NCBI GenBank assembly: GCA_964561125.1
Contig: CAZLOQ010000012.1
Coordinates: 41 to 64,040 of the forward strand
Length of the DNA stretch: 64,000 bases
Source: an uncultured Chitinophaga sp.
GTDB taxonomy: Bacteria; Planctomycetota; Planctomycetia; Planctomycetales; Planctomycetaceae
Direction of reading: 5' to 3'
Positions 53,273-63,698 of this stretch are shown here, piece after piece (within the stretch, counting starts at the first letter, position 1; each line of letters begins with the position of its first letter). The notes under the pieces were generated by a model. It saw only the letters and a list, made by a program, of their open reading frames with translations, had not been told where the DNA came from and did not search any database. The position numbers and the translations under genes were made by a program.

Positions 53273-54627
53273 AGTTCGATGACCTTATTGCTGTCGCCGA
53301 ACTTGTCGGTCTCAACGCCCATGCGTTGTGCCATGAGGAGCAGCAGGTTGCTCATGTGCGCATTCGGGTTCGCCGGGCGGCTACAGAGCGAGTAGTGCTC
53401 GCCGGGCTTGTCGAGCTGATAGCCTTTGAAGTGCCCCTGGTTGAAATCGAGGTGACTGCCGTGCTTCAGGCCGAGGTCCGAACCACCGGCGAGCACCAGC
53501 GGCAGGTTCGCGTTGCCGTGGCTGTGGCCGTAGGACATGCCGCTGCCGAAGAGTGCCATCGTCGTGCCCAGCAGAGGCTTCCCGCTGAGGTCTTTCGTCT
53601 CCGCGAGCCGCGTCAGGAAATAGCTGAACTGTTCGATGGCGAACGTGTCGTAGTTCGTCAGCTTTTCCATGTAGCCCGCATCGCCACCGTGATGGCTCAG
53701 TTGGTGGCGAGACTCGGTGATGCCGATCTCGGGAATCGAGAACGCATCGCCTTCGCCGCCGAGGCTGAAGGTGGCGACGCGCGTCACGTCGGTCTGAAAC
53801 GCGAGCACAATCAAGTCATAGACCGTGCGGAAGTATTCGCCGGCTTGCGTTTGCGGGATGTCCCGACTGGTGCGCCGGCGATCGGTCTCAGCGATGGTGG
53901 GAAGCGGTGTATCCAGCCACGCATCGGCTCGTCGTGTACGAACTTCAGCTTCTCGAACCGAAGTCAGGTATTGATCGAGCCGTCCTTTGTCCGCCGCTCC
54001 CATCGACTGTTCGAGCCGCCGCACTTCCGCGAGGTTGGCGTCGAGCACGCTCCCTTTGTGACGCAGGGCGCGGCGCTGAGCTGCCTTGCCACCTTTGGGT
54101 TCTTCAAACAGCGACGCGAAGATCTCGCTGCAACGACGCATCGACGGAAGCCGCACTCCGTCCGCCGTCCAGCCGAGCGAATCTCCGGTGAGGGCAATTT
54201 CCATCGACGCATAACGCGTGTGCTGAGCAGTGATCTCGGCCATCTTCTGATCGACGGAGATCGTGTTCTTGTCCGATGGCCCGAGTTTACCGCCGGTCAG
54301 CCATACAGAAATGCAGTTGTGGTGATGGCTGAGGGCACCGGGATGATGTAAACCACTGATCGGTGTGATGACCGCGCGATGTTTTTCGAGCGGTTTCAGC
54401 GACCGCGAGAACTGATACTCCCTGCCAGGCGTCGTGATCTGGTAGTTCAGGGAATGCACACCGTTCGCGAGATAGATGAAGGCACTGCGTCCGGGCGTCT
54501 CCGTCTTCGCCTCTGCGGCCCGCAACGGAAGCATGCACTCCAGGAACGGCAGCGAGATGCAGGTGCCCAACGCCCGCAGAGCGTGGCGCCGATCGATCAA
54601 CCAGGACTGGGATAGGAAGTTACTCAT
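53269..54627 (-). CDS. DUF1552 domain protein
   Basis: [34 protein letters not shown] is the typical DUF1552 start. 452 aa. AAGGAG lies 8 nt upstream. It follows a DUF1592-type gene, the known pairing. Confidence 0.75.
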   Translation of the reverse strand: MSNFLSQSWLIDRRHALRALGTCISLPFLECMLPLRAAEAKTETPGRSAFIYLANGVHSLNYQITTPGREYQFSRSLKPLEKHRAVITPISGLHHPGALSHHHNCISVWLTGGKLGPSDKNTISVDQKMAEITAQHTRYASMEIALTGDSLGWTADGVRLPSMRRCSEIFASLFEEPKGGKAAQRRALRHKGSVLDANLAEVRRLEQSMGAADKGRLDQYLTSVREAEVRTRRADAWLDTPLPTIAETDRRRTSRDIPQTQAGEYFRTVYDLIVLAFQTDVTRVATFSLGGEGDAFSIPEIGITESRHQLSHHGGDAGYMEKLTNYDTFAIEQFSYFLTRLAETKDLSGKPLLGTTMALFGSGMSYGHSHGNANLPLVLAGGSDLGLKHGSHLDFNQGHFKGYQLDKPGEHYSLCSRPANPNAHMSNLLLLMAQRMGVETDKFGDSNKVIEL

Positions 54628-54651
54628 CGAGAGACTCCTTGTCAGAGATTG

Positions 54652-57081
54652 TCAGCGTTTGTGGATCAAATCGGACATCGCAATGGCACGGATGATCTCT
54701 TTCATCCGATAATCGTTTTTCTTCGCGGCGGCTTCAATCAGTTTCAGGTCATCCTGATCATCGACGGTGAGCACGCGACGGAGGGCATAGGTGCAGAGGT
54801 GCTCGATGAAGGCACGCGCAATCTGGTCCCGGTCTTCAATCAGGAGTTGTTTGAACTGCACCGAGTCATTGAACGAGCGACCGTCGGGCATGATTCCCGA
54901 GGCATCGACGATGGGATTCTCGCCGACGCCAGTCGGCACCAGCTCGCGAGTGCGCCATTGGCCGACGGCGTCGTATTGGTCGAACGCCAGTCCGAGCGGG
55001 TCGATCTTCGCGTGGCAGGCGGCACAACTTGCGTTCCTGGCATGGACTTCGATCCTCTGGCGGATCGTGATCCTGTTACCTGTCGGCGGAATCGGTTCGA
55101 TCGGATCGACGTTGGCCGGTGGCGGCGGCGGAGTCCTGTTGAAGATCGCTTCGCTGAGCCACACGCCGCGATGCACTGGTCTGTGCCGAGTCCCATCTGA
55201 CGTCAGCCCGAGCACTGCCCCCATCGTCAGCAGCCCACCGCGATGATCTTCGGGCTTAAGCGATACTCGTTGAAAACCCCCGGTCTTCGGTTCGGGTAGT
55301 CCGTAGAATTCACAAAGCCGCGCGTTCGCCATCGTCCAGTCGGAATCAATGAAGCTGTCGACGGACATGTTCTTCGAGAACATCTCGCGGAAGAACTCGA
55401 CGGGTTCAGCTCGCAGGCTGCTTTCGAGCCAGGCGTCGTAGGTCGGATACAGCTTCTTGTCCGGTGGGAACATCCCGAGCCGGTGGAGTTGCAGCCACTG
55501 CCGCACGAAGTCATTGATGAAGCGATTCGCCTTGCCGTCGGCGAGCATTCGGTCGACTTCTTTCGCCAGCCCGTCGCCTTGCAGAGTGCCGCTTCGAGCC
55601 GCTGCAGACAATTCATCGTCCGGCATCGAACTCCAGAGGAAGTACGACAGCCGCGACGCGAGTTCCGAATCATTGAGCCGTTCGCGCGGGGTTGGGTCGC
55701 CCTCGACGAGATAGATGAAATGCCGCGATGTCAGCACGCCCTGCATGGCGACTCGATAGGCGTCGGCAGGTTTTTCCCCTGCGTCAAGTTCCAAACGATA
55801 TGCCTGTAAATAATCCGACAGCTCGTCCATTCTGACCGGCCGTCGCCACGCTCGTTCGGCGAACCGCTGCAGGTACGCGGTGACGACTTCGATCGTCGCA
55901 TCATCCGGAGGAAGCAAACCAGTGCGGCGCGATTTCTCGGCATCGGTTTCAAGTGGTCCTTCCCATTCGATCCAATCGAGCAGCACGGTCGAGAAGAGGC
56001 CATGGCCTTTGTCGTCAAACATCTGCGGAGCATTCGGGTTCAGCAGTCGCGTCTCGCTGCTGTGTGTAAAGATGTAGCTGCCACTGTTGAGCGCATTACG
56101 GAAGGCAGCACCGGCTCGACGATCAACGACGTCAGTCGCGACGACGCAAAAGTCGAGCGACATCGGCATCTCCAGAAAAACTTCGAACTCATGGACCTGC
56201 GGGCTGTCCTCGGGGGCGGTGATGTCAAACTCAATGAGTCCATCAACCGTCTCTTCACCGGTCCGCCTGCCGATGCTGAGATGCGCCGTCTGGCCCCCGA
56301 TCGGCCGAATGCCGCTCGCCTGAATCCGGACCTTGTAGAGCCCGCTGTGCTCCGGTCCGACCTTCCCGAACCAGTTCGGCGACAGCGCATTGTGAACGCT
56401 GCCGGGATACAGCAGATAACGCAGTGGCCGCCTGATGCCGAATCGGTCCAGCGCCTCCTGCTGATTCCTGCCGCCGCTGTAACGCAGCTCGGCAGCGGTC
56501 CTGCGTATGCTGCGAGCATCACCCGAAGTCACCGGAAACGCCCGGTCCAGCACGAGCCCCGCCGCGCGGTAATACCGATCGACATGCGAAGCCGAGAGCG
56601 ACAGCTCCGAGCCAATCCGCTCGAACCCATGCCAGAGCGTGTCTTCGTTCAACTCGCCGGGCTTCGTCGGATCATAGCGCACGCCGAGCAAATCGTAGAC
56701 AGTGTTCTGATATTCCCTGCGACTGAGCCGATAATGGGCCACCGCTGGCCTCGACGCCATTCGCGCCGCTCGCCCTTCTTTCAGCCGCGCATCCAGACTC
56801 GTGACGAATTCCGAGATCTCTTTCTGAGTCGGCTGCGGCTCTTTTTTCGGAGGCATCTCGCCGCTGTTGACCTTATCGAGCGCCTCGGCCCAGTGGTGCG
56901 TATCGATGCCCGCCCTGAAGTCCCGCGAGAGGCGATCGAGGCGAATATCGCCTTCTTCCTTCTGCGGCCCGTGACAACGGACGCAATGCTTCTCAATGAA
57001 AGCTTCGAACGGCTCGGCCGCGCTGACGGCACTGCCGAACCCTGGGAAGGCGGCATAAATCATCAATATTCGGATGAGCAT
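54652..57081 (-). CDS. DUF1585/DUF1587/DUF1588/DUF1592/DUF1595-type protein with N-terminal CxxCH haem motif
   Basis: ATG at 57081 ([12 protein letters not shown] signal). [39 protein letters not shown] (DUF1587-like), [13 protein letters not shown]...[16 protein letters not shown] (DUF1588-like) and [25 protein letters not shown] (DUF1585-like). Confidence 0.8.
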   Translation of the reverse strand: MLIRILMIYAAFPGFGSAVSAAEPFEAFIEKHCVRCHGPQKEEGDIRLDRLSRDFRAGIDTHHWAEALDKVNSGEMPPKKEPQPTQKEISEFVTSLDARLKEGRAARMASRPAVAHYRLSRREYQNTVYDLLGVRYDPTKPGELNEDTLWHGFERIGSELSLSASHVDRYYRAAGLVLDRAFPVTSGDARSIRRTAAELRYSGGRNQQEALDRFGIRRPLRYLLYPGSVHNALSPNWFGKVGPEHSGLYKVRIQASGIRPIGGQTAHLSIGRRTGEETVDGLIEFDITAPEDSPQVHEFEVFLEMPMSLDFCVVATDVVDRRAGAAFRNALNSGSYIFTHSSETRLLNPNAPQMFDDKGHGLFSTVLLDWIEWEGPLETDAEKSRRTGLLPPDDATIEVVTAYLQRFAERAWRRPVRMDELSDYLQAYRLELDAGEKPADAYRVAMQGVLTSRHFIYLVEGDPTPRERLNDSELASRLSYFLWSSMPDDELSAAARSGTLQGDGLAKEVDRMLADGKANRFINDFVRQWLQLHRLGMFPPDKKLYPTYDAWLESSLRAEPVEFFREMFSKNMSVDSFIDSDWTMANARLCEFYGLPEPKTGGFQRVSLKPEDHRGGLLTMGAVLGLTSDGTRHRPVHRGVWLSEAIFNRTPPPPPANVDPIEPIPPTGNRITIRQRIEVHARNASCAACHAKIDPLGLAFDQYDAVGQWRTRELVPTGVGENPIVDASGIMPDGRSFNDSVQFKQLLIEDRDQIARAFIEHLCTYALRRVLTVDDQDDLKLIEAAAKKNDYRMKEIIRAIAMSDLIHKR

Positions 57082-57118
57082 GACATTCGGTCCTTGCGGC
57101 CTTGGGCGAGGCCAGGCT

Positions 57119-57428
57119 TCAGGGCTGTCGGGCACTTGATTGCTCTTTTCGCTGGTCAGACTCAATCATTCCGCCGGGTCGAGAACGAGCAATTGCACGC
57201 CACGCACGTTGTCCCTGACGTTGACGCGGCACGCCTTCAGGTGTGGTGAGACCGCTTGCATCAGGCAACGAACGATGGAACCGATTATCCAGTTCGATCC
57301 ATGACTTCAGGTCGCGCGCCGAGCGAAACTGCTCGACGAGCTCCCGGCCCAGGTTTCTGTTCGACAATGCATTGCTGAATCTGACCAGCAACCTGATCGC
57401 GAACTTCGGGGCGACGAAGCGTTTGCAT
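57119..57428 (-). pseudogene. GntR-type HTH regulator relic (frameshifted, truncated)
   Basis: GGAGGA plus an ATG at 57428 gives MQTLRRPEVRDQVAGQIQQCIVEQKPGPG, then a stop. A frame shifted by one nt continues as GRELVEQFRSARDLKSWIELD, which reads like L.RP.L.DQV...I...I..G.L.PG..LP.ERELAEQFGVSR. Only the HTH-sized part remains. Confidence 0.3.
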
Positions 57429-57637
57429 GAATTTCCTCCGGTACAATTGCGAGCACCGAGCTGCGGCCTGCGATTATCAGACAAACAGCTGCCGTGTCAA
57501 GCTTCACCCAGGCCATTTCAACCCCGAGGAGCAAGCTCGCCATTCCGGCGGTCGCCATCACCGATTTCTCGTTCCCCGAACTTGAAATCGAACAGGGGAT
57601 CCTGTCCGCCGCCGGACTCGAAGTACGAAGCGGAATC

Positions 57638-58085
57638 GATCCGGACTACATGAAGGAACTGGTACGGTATAGGGCCGACGAATTCGACTGGCGGAAGCAG
57701 GAAGAACGGCTCAACCGTCTCCCACATTTCCTGGCCGACTTCGACGGCCTGTGCCTGCACTTCATTCATCAGCCGGGCAACGCCCCCACGCCGCTCCCGT
57801 TGCTCATGATGCATGGATACCCGTGGTCCTTCGGGCTGCTGGAACGCATCCTGCCGATGCTGACCGATCCCGCTTCGCACGGCGGCGATTCACGCGATGC
57901 ATTCACTGTGATCGTTCCGTCGATACCTGGATTTCAGCACAATCCGCGTATCTGCGACCGCCTGATGACCAGGGGGCTGGGGTATGTGCGGTACGGCATC
58001 GAAGGCGGCGACTGGGGCGGATTTCTGATGGCCCCGTGGGGATATCTGCACCCGCAGAACCGGATCGGCATATATCTCAACTGTC
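57638..58085 (+). pseudogene. Epoxide hydrolase fragment (N-terminal EHN domain plus start of the alpha/beta fold), truncated
   Basis: FDWRKQEERLNRLPHFLADFDGLCLHFIHQ, LLMMHGYPWSF (HGxP motif), DAFTVIVPSIPGF and GIEGGDWGG (nucleophile motif). Homology stops near 58085, where the antisense IS relic begins. The preceding 57551-57638 reads like an unrelated 2-hydroxyacid-dehydrogenase N-terminus. Confidence 0.55.
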
Positions 58086-58343
58086 TGGCCGTGCGGCGCG
58101 GATCATCGAGAAGTGGCGTGCCTGGAGCAGCTGCGGGTGATTTTGAAAAACTGTTCCCCCGCGTGGCGCAACATTGCGATCCAGAGCGATCGCTTCCGCG
58201 TTCTTGCGCTGTACGCTGGAGAGCAGCCCCTGAACATAAACCAGCAGCAAGTCCTGCCCGGCTGGGCGAGCAAAACAATCTGCAAACCGAATCAGAAATC
58301 GGGCGAGCAATTTGCTGAGCTTTGCGATATCCTCTACCGTCAT
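58077..58343 (-). mobile_element. IS701-family transposase relic (first ~60 codons only)
   Basis: The ATG at 58343 gives MTVEDIAKLSKLLARFLIRFADCFARPAGQDLLLVYVQGLLSSVQRKNAEAIALDRNVAPR. This matches the conserved IS701-type N-terminus (F.R......Y..GLLS...RKN.EAIA). The frame then degenerates. No DDE domain and no inverted repeats were identified. Confidence 0.5.
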
Positions 58344-58694
58344 GGAGCGACCTTCCGTGGTTTCCTCGTGAAACTTTTCAGCACACGCAGGGTCGTCTCC
58401 TTCCGCCCTGCACGTCAACACCAATAACTCGTTGACACAAAATGATTTACGCCAATCTGACAATCAAGACATGGCGCTGTGCAGCTATGAAGTGATCGGA
58501 AACGTCATCAAAAGCGGCGGCGACGCGATCCACTGCTGGCGCCACTCGAAGAACGGCGTCATCGCCGACAACCTCCGCATCCACGACAACACGGGCAAGC
58601 CTGTCGTGATCCTCGGAGCACCAGGAGGCTGGGAACAGCCGCAGCCGCCAATGATGAAGAACAACCGCAATCATTTGGGGGAGGCCACATCGAA

Positions 58695-59336
58695 GTGAGA
58701 CTCACCCTCGCACTCCTCACCGCCCTGCTGTTTCCGCCGCTTGTCGGGCTTCACGCAGCCCATGCCCCGGCAGCCGGGAAACTCAACGTCGTGTTTGTCG
58801 TCTTTGATGACTTCAACAACCGGTTGGGCTGCTGCGACAATCCGCAGCACTCCAGGAAACTCAGCGTGTGGGATCGTCGCACCGGCGGGAAGACGAAAGA
58901 TGAGTTCGCGATGTCGGATGGGGCTGCTTTCCCGCCGAGCCTCGCGAAGGATCTGCTCTGCGAAAATCACGACGTACCGGAAGAAGCGTGCTTTGACACC
59001 GTGTCGGCCAACCTCGACATCACCGAATCGCGGGCGCTCGCAAAGAAGCCGGAGCCCTTCCTCCTCGCGTCGGGCCTCTTCAAACCGCACACGCCTTACA
59101 AGGTGCCGAAGCGCTTCCAGGACATGTATCGCCGTGAGGATATCCCGGCCATCGAGACACCCGAACGGCCTCGCAACCCGCCTGAGATCGCCTTTCACGC
59201 GAGCCACGAAATCTTCGGCCAGGAATTCTGCGACGAGCAGACCGATCCGCCGGAAACCGTGAACCAGGCGGGAACTGTAGATGCCGCCGCAGTAATCCCG
59301 GCGCTCACAGAACAACTCGATGCGCTGGTGAATTGA
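58695..59336 (+). pseudogene. Sulfatase relic with internal deletions (no formylglycine motif)
   Basis: Signal peptide plus NVVFVVFDDFNNRLGCC (compare NVLFIIADDLNNSLGCY at 2192). It jumps to PFLLASGLFKPHTPYKVPKRFQDMY (compare [26 protein letters not shown]). 213 aa against about 500 for an intact enzyme. The CxPxR motif is absent. Confidence 0.55.
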
Positions 59337-59359
59337 GTCAAAAGGAACAATTCCGAACC

Positions 59360-60844
59360 ATGAGATACATACTCACGCTCCTCACCGCTCTGCTGCTGTC
59401 GCCACTCGCCGCGCTCCATGCTGCTGATGCAACCAGTCGAAAACCCAATGTCATCTTCATCCTCACCGACGACCAGGGCTGGGGGGATGCGCGATTCGCC
59501 GGGCATCCGTATGTGAGGACGCCGAACCTCGACCGGCTCGCCGCCGATGGAACCTGGTTCAAACAGTTCTATGTCGCCGCCACGGTTTGCTCTCCGAGTC
59601 GCGTTGCCTTCATGACATCGCACTGCCCGGCGCGGCATCGGGTTCACGGCCACTTTTCCGATCCGCAGTCGAACCAGGCGCGCTCCATGCCGAACTGGCT
59701 CGAGCCCGAGGTCACCACGCTGCCCGACCTGTTGAAGTCTGCCGGGTATGCTACGGCTCATTTTGGCAAATGGCATCTCGGTGGCGGAGTTGGCGCTCCT
59801 CCGCCGGAGCATTACGGCTTTGATATGTCGAAGACGGTCGGCTCTGCCGGCCCATCGCTCGGGAATGAGGCCAAGGAGCCATTTTTTCGGGCCAAATCGA
59901 CGCGGCTGATCGTGGACGAGACGATCCAGTTTATCCGCCAGCATCGGGAGTCGCCCTTCTACGTCAATGTGTGGACGCTGCTGCCGCACGCGCTGCTCAA
60001 GCCCACGCCGGAGCAACTGGCAGTGTATGCCGATTTGCAGCCGCAGGCCGGCGATCCCGCTTTCGGCCCGTGGATGCAGAAGTATCTCGGCAGGGCGAAG
60101 GACCTCCGCTCCCAAATGCAGGTCTATTGTGCGTCGCTAACCGACCTCGACACGCAAATTGGCCGCCTGCTCGATGCCCTGGATGAGATGAAGCTCGCCG
60201 AGGACACGTTGATCGTTTTTTCCAGCGACAACGGACCTGAGGACTATCGCATCAGCAACGCGGCGAATGCCGGCACGGGCAGCCCGGGCAACCTGCGAGG
60301 TCGCAAACGCCGCATGTATGAAGGCGGCATCCGCACCTTTGGCCTCGTGCGCTGGCCCCGCGAGGTCCCCGCCGGTCGCGTGGACGAAACCAGCGTAGTG
60401 GGCGCCGTCGATCTCCTGCCGACTGTGGCGTCGCTGGCCGGAGTCAGGCTGCCTGAGAGTATCCAACCCGATGGCGAAGATCTCAGCCCGCTGTGGCTCG
60501 GCAGGACCAGCTCTCCGCGCCAGAAGCCGCTGCACTGGGAGTGGCTCTTCAATGTGCAGGGCGCTGACGACGGCTACATGCCGCCGATGCTCGCCATCCG
60601 CGAGGGCAACTGGAAACTCTTCGTGAACCACAACGGCAGCGGTACGCAGCTCTATAACATCGCGAAGGATCCTGGCGAGGTGTTCGCGAGCTGGGATGCG
60701 GATCGTGATGGCTTCCTCTCACTCGCCGAGTTCCGGACCGGATTAAAGAACCATCCCGAATCCGCCGTGAGATTCCGGGCGCGTGACAAGGACCGCGACA
60801 ACAAGCTGAACCGCGATGAGTTCGTGAACCCCATCGGCAAGTAG
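59360..60844 (+). CDS. Arylsulfatase with C-terminal EF-hand pair
   Basis: ATG at 59360 (signal MRYILTLLTALLLSPLAALHA). PNVIFILTDDQGWGD, CSPSR formylglycine motif, GKWHLG and SSDNGPE. After LYNIAKDPGE come two canonical EF loops, DADRDGFLSLAEF and DKDRDNKLNRDEF. Confidence 0.85.
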   Translation: MRYILTLLTALLLSPLAALHAADATSRKPNVIFILTDDQGWGDARFAGHPYVRTPNLDRLAADGTWFKQFYVAATVCSPSRVAFMTSHCPARHRVHGHFSDPQSNQARSMPNWLEPEVTTLPDLLKSAGYATAHFGKWHLGGGVGAPPPEHYGFDMSKTVGSAGPSLGNEAKEPFFRAKSTRLIVDETIQFIRQHRESPFYVNVWTLLPHALLKPTPEQLAVYADLQPQAGDPAFGPWMQKYLGRAKDLRSQMQVYCASLTDLDTQIGRLLDALDEMKLAEDTLIVFSSDNGPEDYRISNAANAGTGSPGNLRGRKRRMYEGGIRTFGLVRWPREVPAGRVDETSVVGAVDLLPTVASLAGVRLPESIQPDGEDLSPLWLGRTSSPRQKPLHWEWLFNVQGADDGYMPPMLAIREGNWKLFVNHNGSGTQLYNIAKDPGEVFASWDADRDGFLSLAEFRTGLKNHPESAVRFRARDKDRDNKLNRDEFVNPIGK

Positions 60845-60860
60845 AAGCAACGATCCATGA

Positions 60861-61388
60861 AATCCATTCCACTGGATCGAGGACGACAGCGTCGAGTTGT
60901 TCAACGTCGTCAACGATCCCGGCGAAAAGACCGACCTCGCCACCCGCCAACCTGATCGGGTGAAAGACCTCCGCGGGCGACTCGAGGCCTGGCGCAAAGA
61001 AACCGACGCCAACATGCCGCGCCCGAAGCCTGCCGGTCAGGCTGTCGTACCCGCCGCGCCGGACGCTCAAGGTGACTTCGCTGTCGTCGCCAGGGCCCGC
61101 GTCGAGAAACTTGACATCGGCTATCGTCCCGGTGCCGAACCGAAACAAGTCGGCTTTGCTTTCAAGCAGCTCGAACAACCTGTTACCGGCGCCATCACCT
61201 TCAAAATCCGTTGCGCCAGCGCGCCCGGCCATGCCTTCCCCAAAGATCACGAAGTCGGTTTCCTCGTCCTCGAAGCCGCCGACCAGCGCCTCGAAATGAA
61301 GCTGAAGCGCCGACTACAACAAATCACCCATGTCGGCTACAGTAGCCTCGACGCCGTCACCGATTTCAGTAAATGGGAGCAGCAATGA
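60861..61388 (+). pseudogene. Orphan sulfatase C-terminal tail fused to a ~120-aa unknown domain (no start codon upstream)
   Basis: The frame opens after the TGA at 60858-60 and reads NPFHWIEDDSVELFNVVNDPGEKTDLATRQPDRVKDLRGRLEAWRKETDANMP. That is the normal end of a sulfatase. It has no in-frame ATG before the motif and no N-terminal catalytic domain. Confidence 0.45.
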
Positions 61389-63679
61389 AACACACGAGGC
61401 TGATCTTCACCGTCCTGCTGCTCGCGCCGCTGGCCGCGCTGTACGCCGATGACTCCAAACCGTCTGGAGTCCATAACAAAAGTTCCGAAATGCCAGCCGT
61501 GCTTGCCAATCCCGGCGCGGAGTTTCAGGACGAAGCGCGGCCGGGGGCGATGATCATCGGCATGGATCGCACGCCGAAGGGCCGCATCTGGGGCTGTTGG
61601 ACCGGCACAGGCGACAAGCGGGATGGCTATTTCCTGATGGCAACAAGCGATGACGATGGCGCGACGTGGTCGAAGCCGCGTCTGGCAGTTGGAGCACGCA
61701 CGAAACCTGAACAGAAACTTCACGGCGCACTGGTGGGAAATCTGTGGAGCGATCCGAAAGGACGCTTGTGGTTGTTTTTCGATCAGCAGCTCGGCGATCC
61801 GCAGGGCCGCATCACGAACTGGTTCATCCGTTGCGATGATCCCGATGCCGCTGAACCGAAGTGGTCGGAGCCGGTCCGTTTTGCGGAAGGTTGCACGCTG
61901 AACAAGCCAACCGTGCTGAAGAACGGCGACTGGTTGTTGCCCGTCTCCGATTGGCAGAAGAAGACGGCGCGGGTGTTTGCCTCCTCCGACGAAGGGGCAT
62001 CGTGGAAAGAGCGTGGCAGCCTGCAGTTCCCTGATTGGGAGTTCGACGAACATATGACGGTCGAGCTGCGCGATGGCCGCTTGTGGATGCTTGCTCGCAC
62101 GAAGGGCCAGCCTTACGAGAGTTTTTCCTGCGATGGCGGCAGGACCTGGAGCGAGCCGCGTCAGGCCGCGACGGTGCAGAATGTGAACGCGCGTTTCTTT
62201 CTCCGCCGACTTCAGTCCGGTCGCATCCTGCTGGTGAAGAACGGCTCGCCCTCCGAGCGACTGCAAAAGCGAACACACATGAAGGCGTGGCTCTCCGAAG
62301 ATGATGGCCAGACGTGGAAAGGCGGTCTGCTGCTCGACGAACGCAACGCGGTCTCGTATCCCGATGGCTTCGAATCGGCCGACGGCCTCATCCACATCCT
62401 TTATGATTGGAACCGCCATACCGACGCAGAGATTCTGATGGCGAAGTTCCGCGAAGAGGATGTGTTCGCGGGCAAGGTTGTCTCGCACGACGCGAAACTC
62501 CGGATGCTCGCGAACAAGGCACGTCTCCCCGTATCTATCCGCCCAGGTGACAAGTGGGCCAAACAGGCGATTGAAGATGCGAAGCAGGATCGCACCAGCA
62601 TTCCGTACGACGGCGTCACTCCCGACAAAATGGTCTGCGATACCACGCTGCGACAGATGCCAGACGGTTCGTGGATCATTTCCATGCTGGCGGGCGACGA
62701 CTTTGAGCCGTCGCCGAAAAACTATATCGGTATGACACGCAGCACGGATGAAGGCCGCACCTGGTCTCCGTTGTCGCCCGTCGAGACGACGTTTCCTCGT
62801 AACGGTTTGACGAGCGGCCAGTGTGCAACCGAGATCATGACGATCGGTTCGCGAACAACCATGTTCTTCAGTACACACTCGCAGACCTGGGGCCGCGATT
62901 GGCAATCGTGGCGCATGCACAGCGACGACAGCGGCAACACATGGAGCAAACCCGCCCCCATGCCAGGACGCCTCGCGAAGTTCACATTCATTCGCGGTCA
63001 CATGATCACGCGGGATGGACGCATCGTGATCCCGTTTCAACATTACCTCGGGCCTCCGGAGGGAACTCCGGAACCTCCGCCCGAAGAAAAACCCTGGCAC
63101 AGGACGCTGTTCCACTACGTCAGTAATCCCCGCAACGGAGTGCTCATCAGCAGTGATGGTGGAAAGACATTCTCCGAGCACGGCAACATCCGCATCACCG
63201 ACGATGATCGCTATCACGGTTGGGCCGAAAACAGTCTCGTCGAGTTGGCGGACGGACGCATCGCGATGATTATCCGCGCGGATCGGCTCGGTGGAGTGCT
63301 GTACTACGCGGAATCGAACGATGGCGGGAAAACCTGGCCAGCCTTTGCGACGAAAACCACCATCCCGAATCCGGGCTCCAAAGCGACGCTGTACGGTCTG
63401 GGGGGCGACACGGTGGCACTGCTGCATAACCCGAACCCGAAGCATCGCAGCCCGATGGCACTGTGGATCAGCTTCGATGGTATGAAGACCTGGCCCTATC
63501 AGCGCGTCCTGCAGGCCGAATCGTGCGACGGTCCGAAAGGGCGTATGAACTATCCCGATGGTTTCGTCAGTGTCGACAAACAGTGGCTGCATTTCGCGTT
63601 CGACGACAACCGGCATCGCTGCGTTCACTACAGCGCCAGGTTGCCATCCTTCAACGTTGATTCCAAACATGCGCCATAA
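61385..63679 (+). CDS. Secreted protein with two tandem BNR/Asp-box (sialidase-superfamily) propeller modules
   Basis: ATG at 61385 ([21 protein letters not shown]). Asp-boxes [32 protein letters not shown] and [10 protein letters not shown] occur in the first half. [42 protein letters not shown] and SFDGMKTWP occur in the second half. Confidence 0.75.
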   Translation: MKHTRLIFTVLLLAPLAALYADDSKPSGVHNKSSEMPAVLANPGAEFQDEARPGAMIIGMDRTPKGRIWGCWTGTGDKRDGYFLMATSDDDGATWSKPRLAVGARTKPEQKLHGALVGNLWSDPKGRLWLFFDQQLGDPQGRITNWFIRCDDPDAAEPKWSEPVRFAEGCTLNKPTVLKNGDWLLPVSDWQKKTARVFASSDEGASWKERGSLQFPDWEFDEHMTVELRDGRLWMLARTKGQPYESFSCDGGRTWSEPRQAATVQNVNARFFLRRLQSGRILLVKNGSPSERLQKRTHMKAWLSEDDGQTWKGGLLLDERNAVSYPDGFESADGLIHILYDWNRHTDAEILMAKFREEDVFAGKVVSHDAKLRMLANKARLPVSIRPGDKWAKQAIEDAKQDRTSIPYDGVTPDKMVCDTTLRQMPDGSWIISMLAGDDFEPSPKNYIGMTRSTDEGRTWSPLSPVETTFPRNGLTSGQCATEIMTIGSRTTMFFSTHSQTWGRDWQSWRMHSDDSGNTWSKPAPMPGRLAKFTFIRGHMITRDGRIVIPFQHYLGPPEGTPEPPPEEKPWHRTLFHYVSNPRNGVLISSDGGKTFSEHGNIRITDDDRYHGWAENSLVELADGRIAMIIRADRLGGVLYYAESNDGGKTWPAFATKTTIPNPGSKATLYGLGGDTVALLHNPNPKHRSPMALWISFDGMKTWPYQRVLQAESCDGPKGRMNYPDGFVSVDKQWLHFAFDDNRHRCVHYSARLPSFNVDSKHAP

Positions 63680-63698
63680 CTTCAAAGCAGGAACTGCC

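Noticed and set aside
58432-58698. 88-aa plus ORF (ALCSYEVIGNVIKSGGDAIHCWRHSKNGVIADNLRIHDNTGKPVVILG) that faintly resembles a parallel beta-helix fragment
   Set aside because: It is too short and the resemblance too weak to call. It probably represents more debris in the decayed 57-59 kb zone.
58671-59315. 214-aa minus-strand ORF
   Set aside because: It mirrors the sulfatase relic. The plus frame carries the sulfatase N-terminal strand and the FKPHTPY block, and the minus frame carries nothing recognisable.
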